A DNA stretch of 62,698 nt, the filler included, from Gonapodya sp. JEL0774 (lineage: Eukaryota), in assembly GCA_027604505.1 (NCBI GenBank). It is 12 parts of 12 records of this genome, joined end to end, with 100 filler letters (N's around TTAATTAATTAA, not from the genome) between each part and the next. Parts side by side here need not be neighbours in the genome. Positions count along the whole stretch, not along the records: positions 10,509 to 15,657 come from JADIIX010000777.1; positions 15,758 to 20,906 come from JADIIX010000778.1; 10 more parts are not named here. One strand, written 5' to 3'. Below, piece by piece: positions 10,509 through 21,006 of the stretch. Below the pieces are notes generated by a model, which was not told the DNA's origin, ran no database searches, and worked only from the letters and a program-made list of their open reading frames with translations. A program made the translations under genes and the position numbers. Every line of letters begins with the position of its first letter. Position 1 is the stretch's first letter.

Positions 10509-12655
10509 GCTTCTCCATAATGAGGTTCGCCGGTGGTACCATCTTCGTCACCCTAACATTTTGCACCTCTTTGGAGCAAACCTTCACGAAAAGCCTCCGT
10601 TCATGGTCTCGCCCTACATGCGCAACGGCCACCTGATTTCTTACCTCTCTAAGCACTCTCATGTTGACCGCATAGAGCTCATCTTCGATATTGCCTGTGC
10701 AATGCAGTATCTCCACGCAAGGGGAATCCTCCACTGTGACCTCAAGGGAGTAAACGTACTGGTGGATGACCTTGGCAACGCTCATGTGGCTGATTTTGGC
10801 TTCGCGACAGTGGCTGCACGCGTGTCAATCCTCACGAGAGTCAGACGCCCAGGAACCGTGCGTTGGATGGCCCCGGAATTGTTCTTGCCAATCCCAAGAC
10901 TATCAGAGAAGTCCGACGTCTACGCCTTTGCCATGACTATCTACGAGATGTACACGCTTCAGATACCTTTTGCTGCGGTTTTGGAGGACAGCTCTGTACC
11001 ACACATTGCTGAAAAGGGCCATCGGCCAGATATTGATGACTTTTCCGATGTGCTGGAAGACGATCAGCTCGACGTAGTTCCTATTCCCAAGGACGTGCAA
11101 GCTCTTGTTCGTCAGTGCTGGCATCCAGAACCAGAAATCCGGTACACGTTCACTGAGATTGTGGCCTTCCTACAGCTGCACTTTCCTCAATTGCAAGCTC
11201 CCGCTGAACAAAGAAATGCCAATCGGAGTGCGAAGCAGGTCGAAGACCGACTCCGTGCAGAATTTGCAGCCAAAGAACGGGAGCGAGAGAGACAGCGACT
11301 GGAAGAGGTAGCCCGACATCAAGAAGAGACAGAGGCGAGAGTGAAGGCGCAGTATGAGGCAGAGAGAAGGGAACGAGAGCAAGAACGTCTTGACCGTGAA
11401 GCACGCATTCGTGAAGAAATTGAAGACCGGGCGAAGGCGCAGTATGAGGCAGAGAGGAGAGAACGAGAGCAGGAAGCTCAGCAGCTAAGGTTGGCAATGC
11501 AAAAGCGCGTACACATCCAAAACGCTCCAGCTGCCGAGGAAGTAACCAGTAGTGAGGGGATGTGGGAGATTGCCAGTGACCGTGAGTGGAAGCTCTCATG
11601 TTGGCCGCTGGTTTAAACATTCTTACCTCAGACTCTTTTACCCAGAGAATCCTAGCGAAGGTAACCCCTTTTCAGCTATTCGTAATGGTCTTTCAGCCAT
11701 GTCCATTGCCGGTGGGGCTGCTAGTACCCTTCAAGTTCCGAAATCACAAAACAACACAATTCGGTACAGCGGACACAGCGAACACAGCGCTATCGCCAGT
11801 CAATCAAAATACAGCAATGATTCTGCGTACACATCCGGTGCTTATGGGGATGGCTATTCGCCTCAGACGCAAGTGCGGGTCTTAGAAAGCGATCAATCTG
11901 ATATCCTTGCACTTCCAGAGAGCCATCTTACAAGGGGATACTTTTTCAAAGCCATCAATGGGGATTCGATCTCCCAGTTTCAACTTGGAGTCTGCTACTA
12001 CAACGGGGATGGCGTGGCGAAGGACTTTGGAGAGGCGGTGAAGTGGTACCGGAAGGCCGCAGACCAGGGGCTTGACATCGCGCAGTACAGCCTCGGTCTC
12101 TGCTACAAGAACGGGGAGGGCGTGGCGGAGGACTTTGGAGAGGCGGTAAAGTGGTTAATGAAGGCCGCGGACCAGGGGCTTGGCATCGCGCGGTACAGCC
12201 TCGGTCTCCGCTACTACAACGGGGAGGGCGTGGCGAAGGACTTTGGAGAGGCGGTGAAGTGGTGGAGGAAGGCTGCGGACCAGGGGGTCAAGGAGGCGCA
12301 GGACCACCTCGGCCTCAGCTACAAGAACGGGGAGGGCGTGGCAAAGGACTTTGGAGAGGCGGTGAAGTGGTGGAGGAAGGCCGCGGAGCAGGGTCATGCC
12401 GACGCGCAGTACTGCCTCGGGCTCAGCTACTACTACGGAGAGGGCGTGGCGAAGGACTTTGGAGAGGCGGTGAAGTGGTGGAGGAAGGCCGCGGACCAGG
12501 GGCATGCAGACGCGCAGAACAGGCTCGGTTTCCGCTACTACAACGGGGAGGGCGTGGCAAAGGACTTTGGAGAGGCGGTGAAGTGGTTTAGGAAGGCCGC
12601 GGACCAGGGTCATCCAGAGGCGATTCGAGCATTGCAGGGTTTAGCGTGCAAGTGA
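10509..12655 (+). CDS. Tyrosine-kinase-like (TKL) kinase + coiled coil + six Sel1 repeats (5' truncated)
   Basis: LRHPNIL, HCDLKGVNVLV, DFG, GTVRWMAPE, SDVYAFAM, CWHPEP.IR, then an E/R-rich coil. Intron 11582-11645 (gtgagt...cccag, phase 1) joins the kinase ORF in frame to the Sel1 ORF. Confidence 0.9.
11341..11475 (+). repeat. Internal duplication with a 90-nt period in the coiled-coil region
   Basis: GxGAAGGCGCAGTATGAGGCAGAGAG...GAACGAGAGCA at 11341 and 11431 (KAQYEAERREREQE twice). Confidence 0.85.
11972..12619 (+). repeat. Six tandem 108-nt Sel1-like repeats with high internal conservation
   Basis: Units start at 11972, 12080, 12188, 12296, 12404 and 12512. Consensus AQxxLGxxYxNGEGVAKDFGEAVKWxRKAADQG. 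Confidence 0.95.
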
Positions 12656-12820
12656 ACCACGGAGGAAGGTTTTTGGATTATTTTAGGACATTACTTCAGT
12701 CCGAAGATTGTATTGTCGGTTCTGTTCCATGACAGGGTGCACTGGTGGTTCATGAAACTCATCCGTCGTGTATGTTTTTTTCTCCGTGATTTATTATTTT
12801 GTGTTCGAAGGGATGGAGCA

Positions 12821-14173
12821 ATGAATTCGATGATGACCTCCCATGCCCTCCCTCCTTATATGGTGGTAGCTTCTGAACCGTCACTCTCGGATTTCACCGT
12901 CGCACGACTCTCCGAACACGAAAAGGTTCTGTACGGCAAGCTGAACAGTGTTCGTGAGGAGTCCGAACCGAGTGGGATGGAGTTTCCCGCGGACTTGGTA
13001 GCACTCTTCCCACTTGGTGGATATTGGTCTAAGGAGCACGCTAAACAAGTCCTGATAGAGCGCTCGGGCCTGCTAGAAAACATAGATTTCAAGATATACA
13101 ATGCGACTTCTGAGAATGTTGAGGAAGATATGTTTACCACAAGTGAGCGTATTCTTCTAACGTGGCACGCCGCTCAAGTCTTTGTGATGCAGGGTCCCAC
13201 CAAGGTTAGTGAAGAAATCCGCCGTTTCTTTGTTCACATACTCCAACTTCACCAAGACTACATCATGCTGCAGGCGGAACGTCGCACTGCCAGCGCGGTT
13301 GCCGACGTCCGTCACGAGGAGATCCTTGCCGCCCATGGTGACGAGCAGGGTGTTTATTTGGGAACCATTGGGTGGCAGAGTGTTGAGAGTCACGACAAGC
13401 TCTTCAAGTTTGGGTTCGCAAGCAAAGTGAAGGAGCGAGTGCGAGCTCACGCCAACGCATTCCCACTCTTTAGGCTGGTTCACTTCCAGCGCACATCGCA
13501 AGCTGCTGAAGTCGAGCGGGCTTTCAAGACACACCCGACGATCCGCAATCACCAAATGACTGTAGTCGACAAGTTTGGAAAGAATCAGACTGAGATCTTA
13601 TGCCTTGGAGAGCAATTTTCAAAAGAGGAAGCGGTCAACCTGCTCACTCGTAAGAGTAAGGAACTGACCTCATCTACGAGAGATGGCAAACAACTGGACC
13701 TAGAGCGGAGCAAGGAAGAGCAGGAAAGACAGAAATCCGAGCAACTTCGACTGCAAGTTGAACTGGCGCGTCTCGCGATGGCACTGGAGAGCAGCTGTGT
13801 CGCTGTGAGTGACCAAGCCAATCCCGCGACATCTCCATGCTCAACTGACAACATTGCCGTCAGATACAATGTTGAAGCTCAAATGATATCCTCAGATCTT
13901 CGCGCCTTTGTGGTAGAGCACTGCGAGTATGCTATAGGCGAGAGGATGTCGGTTGAGGACCTTAAGTCTGGGTTTGAAGACCGCATGGGTTGTCCTTTCC
14001 CGATGCGAGGCGGGGTGAAGAAGATTGTCAAGTTAGACCCTCGGTATAAGGAAACACGTTTCAATGCGTGCGGTGCCTGCGACTCCATCGCCAGTGGAGG
14101 GAAGTGTTGCGATGCTTATAACAAGGCCAACCGGAAGAAAATACCTTCAGTGTGTAACTTGAAGTTCAAATAA
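12821..14173 (+). CDS. Intronless giant-virus (NCLDV)-like protein: MSV199/antirepressor-like N-terminus, T5orf172/GIY-YIG-like domain, coiled coil, D5-like C-terminus with Cys cluster
   Basis: FPADL..LFPLGGYWSKEHAKQVL...ENIDFKI...ERILLT...FVMQGPTKVSEEIRRFF; GVYLGTIG...LFKFGFASKVKERVRAH...F.LV...EVERAFK; FVVEHCEY...MSVEDLKSGF; CGAC...CCDAYNKANR. About 1.35 kb without introns in an intron-rich genome. Confidence 0.7.
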   Translation: MNSMMTSHALPPYMVVASEPSLSDFTVARLSEHEKVLYGKLNSVREESEPSGMEFPADLVALFPLGGYWSKEHAKQVLIERSGLLENIDFKIYNATSENVEEDMFTTSERILLTWHAAQVFVMQGPTKVSEEIRRFFVHILQLHQDYIMLQAERRTASAVADVRHEEILAAHGDEQGVYLGTIGWQSVESHDKLFKFGFASKVKERVRAHANAFPLFRLVHFQRTSQAAEVERAFKTHPTIRNHQMTVVDKFGKNQTEILCLGEQFSKEEAVNLLTRKSKELTSSTRDGKQLDLERSKEEQERQKSEQLRLQVELARLAMALESSCVAVSDQANPATSPCSTDNIAVRYNVEAQMISSDLRAFVVEHCEYAIGERMSVEDLKSGFEDRMGCPFPMRGGVKKIVKLDPRYKETRFNACGACDSIASGGKCCDAYNKANRKKIPSVCNLKFK

Positions 14174-14814
14174 GAGCCTTGCAAAGCGCGTGTGTACGGC
14201 CGTTCCTCACGCGCAAAGTCAAAGGTGTTGTGGAAATGTCCGCACCGAGCACCTCTGCCCCACTCTTGAACTTTTTACGCATTTTTTCGACATCGTCGTC
14301 CCTGAAATCCCGTGGAGCATCGTGGCGGACGACAAAGTGACCACCGACGAGGAAACCGGCTGGCGAAGACCGCAGCCGCTCGTTGAACGCGGTGGGGGGA
14401 GGGTGCAGCAGCTACATGCATTGTATGACAATGTTGGTCAATGCTCTCCAACGTGTTGAATCTCGAAAGAGAAGAAAACTTATGGCTGCGCCACTGCATG
14501 CACCCGTAATGTACGACATCGTGTGGTGCACTTACTGTCCACATTTTCCGTCAAAACCAATAGCATTTCGAAAAAACGCCACTTTTTTGCACTTTTGATG
14601 TGACTCCGTGAATGGTGGTTGTAGGACTTTCCCTATGAGTTGATTCCTGGAGCAACAGGAGCAGCTGTATTCTCAAACCAGGGCCGGGCTGGACTGGTAT
14701 TATCTTTCATGACTATGTATTCTACTCAGATAATGGGGACAGATCTCCGGAAGGTCGTTCAACGGCGACCACAGCACATATACATGCAGAGATCCCATTT
14801 CGAAAATCCACGAA

Positions 14815-15580
14815 GTGTCTCTGAAAACAGGCAGGATGCAGGCTCGTGGAGGCTTATTCAAAGCAATCGAGCCACCTCTCGCTGGAAAACTGCTCGATGG
14901 GGCGGCCGCTGGCCTGGACGGACTGAAGCTCCTGGAAGACATCCCTGTGTTTGGAGTCTGTGCAATGGCTCTCACTGTCCTCATTACAGTGGCAAAGGAC
15001 TTCAAAGACAACGAAGAGCTTGTAGTGCGTCTAACCAGTCGCTGTTCACTGCTTGCCAGGAAGATTGCAGACCGCGTGGTTAAGGAAAACATGGGGCTTC
15101 GGGAAGGCCATGTAATCAAGCTTACCGGGTTCGTAACCTCTCCTCAATCCACTTGCAGGCTCTGGCAATAAAACTTGTTTTGCCGTCCTTAAGGTTTTCT
15201 TGAGGAGACTGCCCAGTTCCTCGAGACGGTCAAGGGAAAAACCAAGTGGTACCGCGTACTGAAGAGCAGTGGGACAAGGACAGAACTCAAAGAGTACGAC
15301 AACAGACTCCAAACCATGGTACAAGACTTCCAGGTGAGTGTGGATAGCATCTGTGCGATCTAAAGTCCCTGAAGAACCGACACCACGATTGAATGATAGC
15401 TTGCAGCTGTCCTGAATCTCGAAAGGTGGGCCACTGAGAACGACATTGACCGTCAGGCCGCCGAAACTACTGCGCAACATGCACTCGAGCAACTGCTCAA
15501 GAACGACACTACCATCCTTGCGACGCTGGAGCTGGGGAATGCCCAATTAATGGACGTCTTGCGAACGATTCGTGGCGACA
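14815..15580 (+). CDS. MLKL-NTD-like (four-helix-bundle/HeLo-like) domain of the type preceding fungal TKL kinases; partial, possibly pseudogenised
   Basis: DIPVFGVCAMALTVLITVAKDFKDNEELVVRLTSRCSLLARKI; FLEETAQFLETVKGKTKWYRVLKSSGTRTELKEYDNRLQTMVQDFQ|LAAVLNLERWATENDIDRQ...LEQLLKNDTTILATL. The exon join near 15130-15195 needs a 1-nt frame correction. Confidence 0.6.
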
Positions 15581-15757
15581 CGTCGGCAGAGTGCTTGCTG
15601 AGGCCCCCAAGATCAACTCCACCTTGACGTTGCTTGATGTCGGGGTTTCTTTTGTACNNNNNNNNNNNNNNNNNNNNNNNNNNNNNNNNNNNNNNNNNNN
15701 NTTAATTAATTAANNNNNNNNNNNNNNNNNNNNNNNNNNNNNNNNNNNNNNNNNNNN

Positions 15758-16943
15758 CACTAATTCGAGAAAACCATGACAAAGATGGTGTACGCCGGAA
15801 CGTCAAAACCATTCGAAATGTTTCTGGTAAAGATATAGGCCATTGGATCAGCGCTTACGTTCATATTTCTGTGTTGTTGGGTAATACGACGGGTTAACGG
15901 TGTGATTTCAAGTTGGGCAAAGAAAACTCACCTTGTACCAAAAAGCCATATACAGCGCGCTGTCCAGTGTCCGACACCTCATGAGAATGTGCTTCGAGGC
16001 AGCAACCAACCAGCTTTCCAACCCACGTTCCAGGGGCATAGCCGCCCTCCATTGCTCCAAGAAGAGTACGCACAACCATGAGGCCCGCGAAGTTTTGAAC
16101 CGCCGCCATGCAAGCCTATTCATAGAATGAATGAGGTAAATACGCCGATCCTAAACGTGGCATTCCACACACTGAGGGTACCTACCGCGACAATTCCCCA
16201 TGATGTCATAATCCGTCCAATCCACACAGACGGATTGAACTTTGTCACCATGAAGTTCTTTTGCATGAGATGCCGGGTTTGGCTTGTGATGAGTTCATGG
16301 GCTTGTGACCCATGCAGAAGTGCGAGCTGCAACTCACGCTCGGGATCTCGCAGAGAATGTATCCAACTGACACAGAACATGAGAATCATCCCTGTCGACA
16401 AGATCCAACACATGCGCATTGAAACTTACAAAAGAAGACGGAAACCGCCCAGTTGAATTGTGATCCGACCAATCCGAGCTCGTTTGAAAGAGTATGATCG
16501 GGTGTTTCCGCGTTCGTTATAGCGGCTGGCTCCAGTGATGTATTCACGTTAGCTCGTTATTTTCCTCGGAAAGAATGACCGACACGTACCGAAGCTGATG
16601 TTGTTTCGATCATACTGAGTTCAATCAAAGATGGAGAAATATCCGATCAGATTTGCTTCCGATTGGGTGGGATTGATGGATACTGCTCCAAACACCATCC
16701 AGCGACAAACTCACATTGAGCGCCATGTAGCAGATTCCCAGCCATGGTATAATCCGGTAGTCAATCTTCCGGATGGCCACTCGCTCCTGCAGATCCGCCA
16801 TACAGATTGATGAACACAGCCGATGAGCTCACCCTTTCTTTCGAATTTCGAAACAGTCTCATGGGTACGTAAATACTCACCTCCTCCTCTGTCCAGTTGT
16901 GCTGGGTGGGCGCTCCTTCATCCTGTGTGATGGATTCGGGCAA
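15758..16943 (-). CDS. MFS transporter (allantoate/anion:cation symporter-like), N-terminal half, multi-exon
   Basis: WTEEE; PSVWIGRIMTSWGIV; MAAVQNFAGLMVVRTLLGAMEGGYAPG; LYMAFWYK. The start is uncertain and the gene is truncated at the contig edge. Confidence 0.85.
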
Positions 16944-17860
16944 TTATGGTGCTCAATTGCGTTGACAAAATATAGGAAGGGCTCGAACAAGGCGGCCTTC
17001 GTAGAAACGAGACATCATAACTCACAGCCTCTGACATTTCTTTCGTGTCCACCATATCAGCGTTTACGCTGTGTAAAATGTACGTGGTGACTGAGAACGT
17101 TGCACCCTTTCAAGTGACCCACATTCTAAAGAGCCCTCAAGGGGCCCTAAACGTACGGTGTCGAGCGGGCCGTCCTTCCATTCAAATTGGATTCCTTCAC
17201 ACATGCACACAGTACAGTCCATCTGGGGATGCAACCATTTTGGAAAAGCTAGGCTTGCGGTGCTTGAGAGTGCATATATGCCGAACCAGGGGATCAATCA
17301 GTGCAGAAGCAACAAGTAAAATGTGTCAAGTACCAAGCAAAGATCGAAGCTTCCAAACTAGGGCGATCATCGCTCTGCTTTCAACGGCATATCTTTTTAT
17401 CCGGACACACTTGTCTCCATCTTATGTAATCCACCAACACCGATCCAGAACCCACTTTATTAAAGTGAGTGCAGTCGAGATTCTGAAAAGCGTAGTTCCT
17501 CCGTTTTCTCAGTTCATCCAGTGTGAGCACTCAGAGGCGGCCCCTCTAGTAGTTTTCTCGGTGGTTGTTTATGTACATGATGAGAATGAGCCTCTGGTTC
17601 TCCAAGTACAGTGTAATTGGTTCCACATCCGGCATAAAGCATCTACCAAGGTACGGTCATTTTCGGTTGGGAAGAAGTCAGTGCTTGCAGATCTCGCGGA
17701 ACTGACTACTGCAGGCGGGTTTGTGCGCTGGGAGTTGGCGAGCCCCCAAATGTTGCAAAGAGGCGTGTTTGACGGTTCGATCAATATAAACTGGAAGATA
17801 TCACAGAAACTTTACTTCGGCCTACATGATTCATGACAACTAAATCCGGGATCACGCACC

Positions 17861-19288
17861 CTATGCACTCTTTACACCCGGAATCCACGATCGAACTGAG
17901 CTGCCCCACCCGTGCTGGCCATCACGATCGCCCTCCGATTCCTCCGATTTCAGAGCCCCAGCAACAGTGGACGCTGCCTTGCCGGCCGCCTGAATCGCAG
18001 CTCCTGTTGCCTCCTCTGATAAAGCGGCCTTTGTCTCGCCGTAACGCTTGAAGGCATCTTGGTACAGATCCTTGGCCTTCCTCGTTGTTGCATCAAACTC
18101 CCCCTTTTCTGACTCCCTCCGAGCTGTGTGAACAGTATCCAAGACCTTCGGAAGAACCGTGGCAGCCGCCTTAGTAACTTTCTTGGAAGTGTCCGGAAAA
18201 TTGGATGTGACAATCTCTGTCACTGAAAAGCATGAAGAGAATTGAAGAAAATGAGAAAGATGTCACTACATCTAGAAATAGTCGTGCTTAATACGTACCA
18301 TCAGAGTTCGCATTCTCACCGTGTGTTGCATTTTGTATCGTCATGTTCTGACCTGCACCTTTGTCTGTCGCCTGTTCGCCAACCTCCCTGCCTTCATGCA
18401 CAGCACTCTGGACGGCATCCTTGCCCTGCTTGATTGCACCGCCGACGTCGTTTGCGCCAGCCTTTCCCAACGACATTGAGCTCTGATCGACCATTCTGCG
18501 ATCACCAGACTCCGACGACTTCACAGTAAATTTGGGGTCCCCAGCATTTGCTTCATGTAGATGATCCTTCGAATCTTCAAGGGAAGATGCCCCAGAGAAT
18601 ATCGGTGGGTGTAGCATCTGTGTGAGTGAGGTCATCGCATTATTTACTCACTGTTGGAGACGTTCCTCATAATCTGTTTACTCTTCTCCGCTGTTTTCGA
18701 GACAGTCTTCTTAATTGCTTCGTCTATTTTGAGCAAGAGTGATATAGTTTTACCCGGATCGTTGAAGATCAAATCGCAGCCTCACCAATTCCAGAGATTT
18801 TCAGAGCTTGCCCTCCGTCTGAAACCACAGCATCAATAGCTCCCTTGGCAGATGTGATAGCTGAAACTGTAGCATCCTTCGTTCTTTTTTCTTCGGGAGA
18901 GAGGGGAAATTTTCCCGGCAGTGGAGGTGCAGATTCAGAGAACTCACTCGTCAGCATCATAGAGTAACTGTCAGGAGATATGTTCCTTTGGACATACCCA
19001 AGTCGACTTTCGCACGCTCATACACTTTGTTCGGAAGTCTGAATTTCACGATAGGGCGATGACATCACCGATATGGTGTATAATTAGTGGCGCTCACATC
19101 GAATTGAAGTAGTAGAACCCTCCACTCGCGAGAACCGCCCCTCCACCGACCCAGATCCACATGTTCTTGGTCTTTACAGCGGATACCACGTGCCCAGCTA
19201 TTCGAGAGGACTGGTGGCGAATAGTAGATGGGAATGATACCATCAGCATTGAAGGCACTACAACGAGAGTCCTCTGGCGTAAAGACAT
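17861..19288 (-). CDS. Multi-exon LEA-like / mitochondrial membrane-anchored hydrophilic protein
   Basis: A presequence-like N-terminus and one hydrophobic segment (WIWVGGGAVLASGGFYYF), followed by A/K/E/D-rich amphipathic exons. Confidence 0.45.
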
Positions 19289-20433
19289 AAATTTGATTGT
19301 CCGTCTAGTCGCGGTGATTGTCTGAAGAACAATAGCGGTGTTGAAATAGTTGAAACTTCTTGGGGTTGATATTGCAGCAGATTTTGTGACATCGGATGAC
19401 ATCAGCCTTATGGAACCAGTAGCTTCTATATAACCTTCTTACAGTATATTGAGCGCACCGCATACACATTTTTGGGGGCATTTAGTCAACTGCTATAATG
19501 GATCACGTATGTCTGCCAACAATTGTGTGATCTTTTCGTTCACTCCAGCCTTCGCCAACCGCACGTCTAGTGATGGGGAGGGGATTCATCAACAAGACCT
19601 GCGCATACAACCACATGTTCATTGAACCATTATAAGTCACCCCCACCCGGAAACGTGCGCTCACCTCGCGCCGCAAACATTCCGTTCTCCCTCGCCTCGT
19701 CCCACTTTTCCACCCACTTGATCGGGCACAAGGAGCGGTAGACCCGATGAAATTGATCACAGGGAGGGTAGTCTTCTCCTTTGACCTTCACACAGCGGAA
19801 GTCTTGGTGGCATTGTCGTGGAGGGAGAGAACAGAACGGTTCATGGTTGACATGACGTCATCAACGAAGATACACCACGGTAAGTATCAGCTACCGAATG
19901 TGGAAAACAGTGCTATTTTCTACCGATTTTATCTTCCCAAGCAGAGCCAGCAGTGTCAGGAATCGACTGGGCGAGTTCCGCGCCAATTTCACCATCCAGG
20001 ATCACGTGCTCACTCACAGTCCACGTAATTCTGCCAGCAGTTTCGGGTCTGGTTCGTATTTGGGAATCGCGCATCGAAAGCCGCAGTCTCGATGATGAAG
20101 GTCTTCTGCTCTTCTGTCATTTTTGGGATACGATGGGAATTGTGTGGTCCGCCAGCTGATGACTAGGATATTCATAAATTCCGTAAGGCTACTTTGATAT
20201 CAGCGTTTGGGAGCATCGGGATACGAAGACATAAGATCATATTGTAATATCAAGGACAGATTATACAAGGATGATCCAGGGATATTCAGACATCAACGCT
20301 GATTTACACATCAGTGGTGACCATGCGCCTTTTCATCATCGTAGATACCTGTATACCGAAGAATTTAATACGAAATGGAGGAAGGGGAAGAAGATACCGG
20401 CGAGTCGATTCAAAACTAGCTTTGAAATCAATA

Positions 20434-20600
20434 CTAGAATGAGATTCTCGCACCGAGCTCACCTCTCGCAGGGAAGACACCGTTGCCTCTCTCCTCGTCC
20501 CACTTTTCCACCCACTTAGTCGGGCAAAGCGATTTGTAGGTCTTTTGGAACTGCAAGCAGGGAGGGAACTCCTCCCCCTTAACCTTGACGCAACGGAAGT
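20434..20600 (-). CDS. COX12: Cytochrome c oxidase subunit 6B, last exon
   Basis: FRCVKVKGEEFPPCLQFQKTYKSLCPTKWVEKWDEERGNGVFP after a cacag acceptor. Upstream exons are lost at the contig end. Confidence 0.9.
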
Positions 20601-21006
20601 CTGTGATGTGGCCAGGCATGAGGAAAGTTGGGAGGAGATGTTTCCGCGGCGGGGGATTACAAGATATCGCGGACCGATACGTGAAGTCGAGAATGGGTGG
20701 GTTGTGTTGGAGAAGCACCAAACATGAACGATGGGGAAGAGAAGGAAAACTCAGAAGAGGCACGAATGAAGAGGTGAAATCCTGGAGTCTTCAGAGTTCC
20801 GTCACCGCAGTGGTCCGCGAAGCAACGGGTATTGTTACATGCCAGAATCCGGTTGAAGTAGGAACTCAATACCTCGAGTCGTCAAAAGGGCACACAGCCA
20901 TCTCTCNNNNNNNNNNNNNNNNNNNNNNNNNNNNNNNNNNNNNNNNNNNNTTAATTAATTAANNNNNNNNNNNNNNNNNNNNNNNNNNNNNNNNNNNNNN
21001 NNNNNN

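Noticed and set aside
11972..12619. Regular repeat array resembling CRISPR
   Set aside because: The 108-nt in-frame units have no unique spacers; they are protein-coding Sel1 repeats in a eukaryotic gene.
14190..14600. Cys-containing short ORFs and an A6/T6 hairpin downstream of the virus-like gene
   Set aside because: No recognisable domain or element terminus, so the evidence is too weak to call.
17045..17836. 263-aa ORF
   Set aside because: Non-ATG start, no motif and atypical composition. It is probably a chance ORF between genes.
20085..20165. ATGATGA...CTGA resembling a C/D snoRNA
   Set aside because: Only a 4-bp terminal stem and no rRNA-complementary guide that I can recognise. The C box coincides with stop codons of a short ORF.
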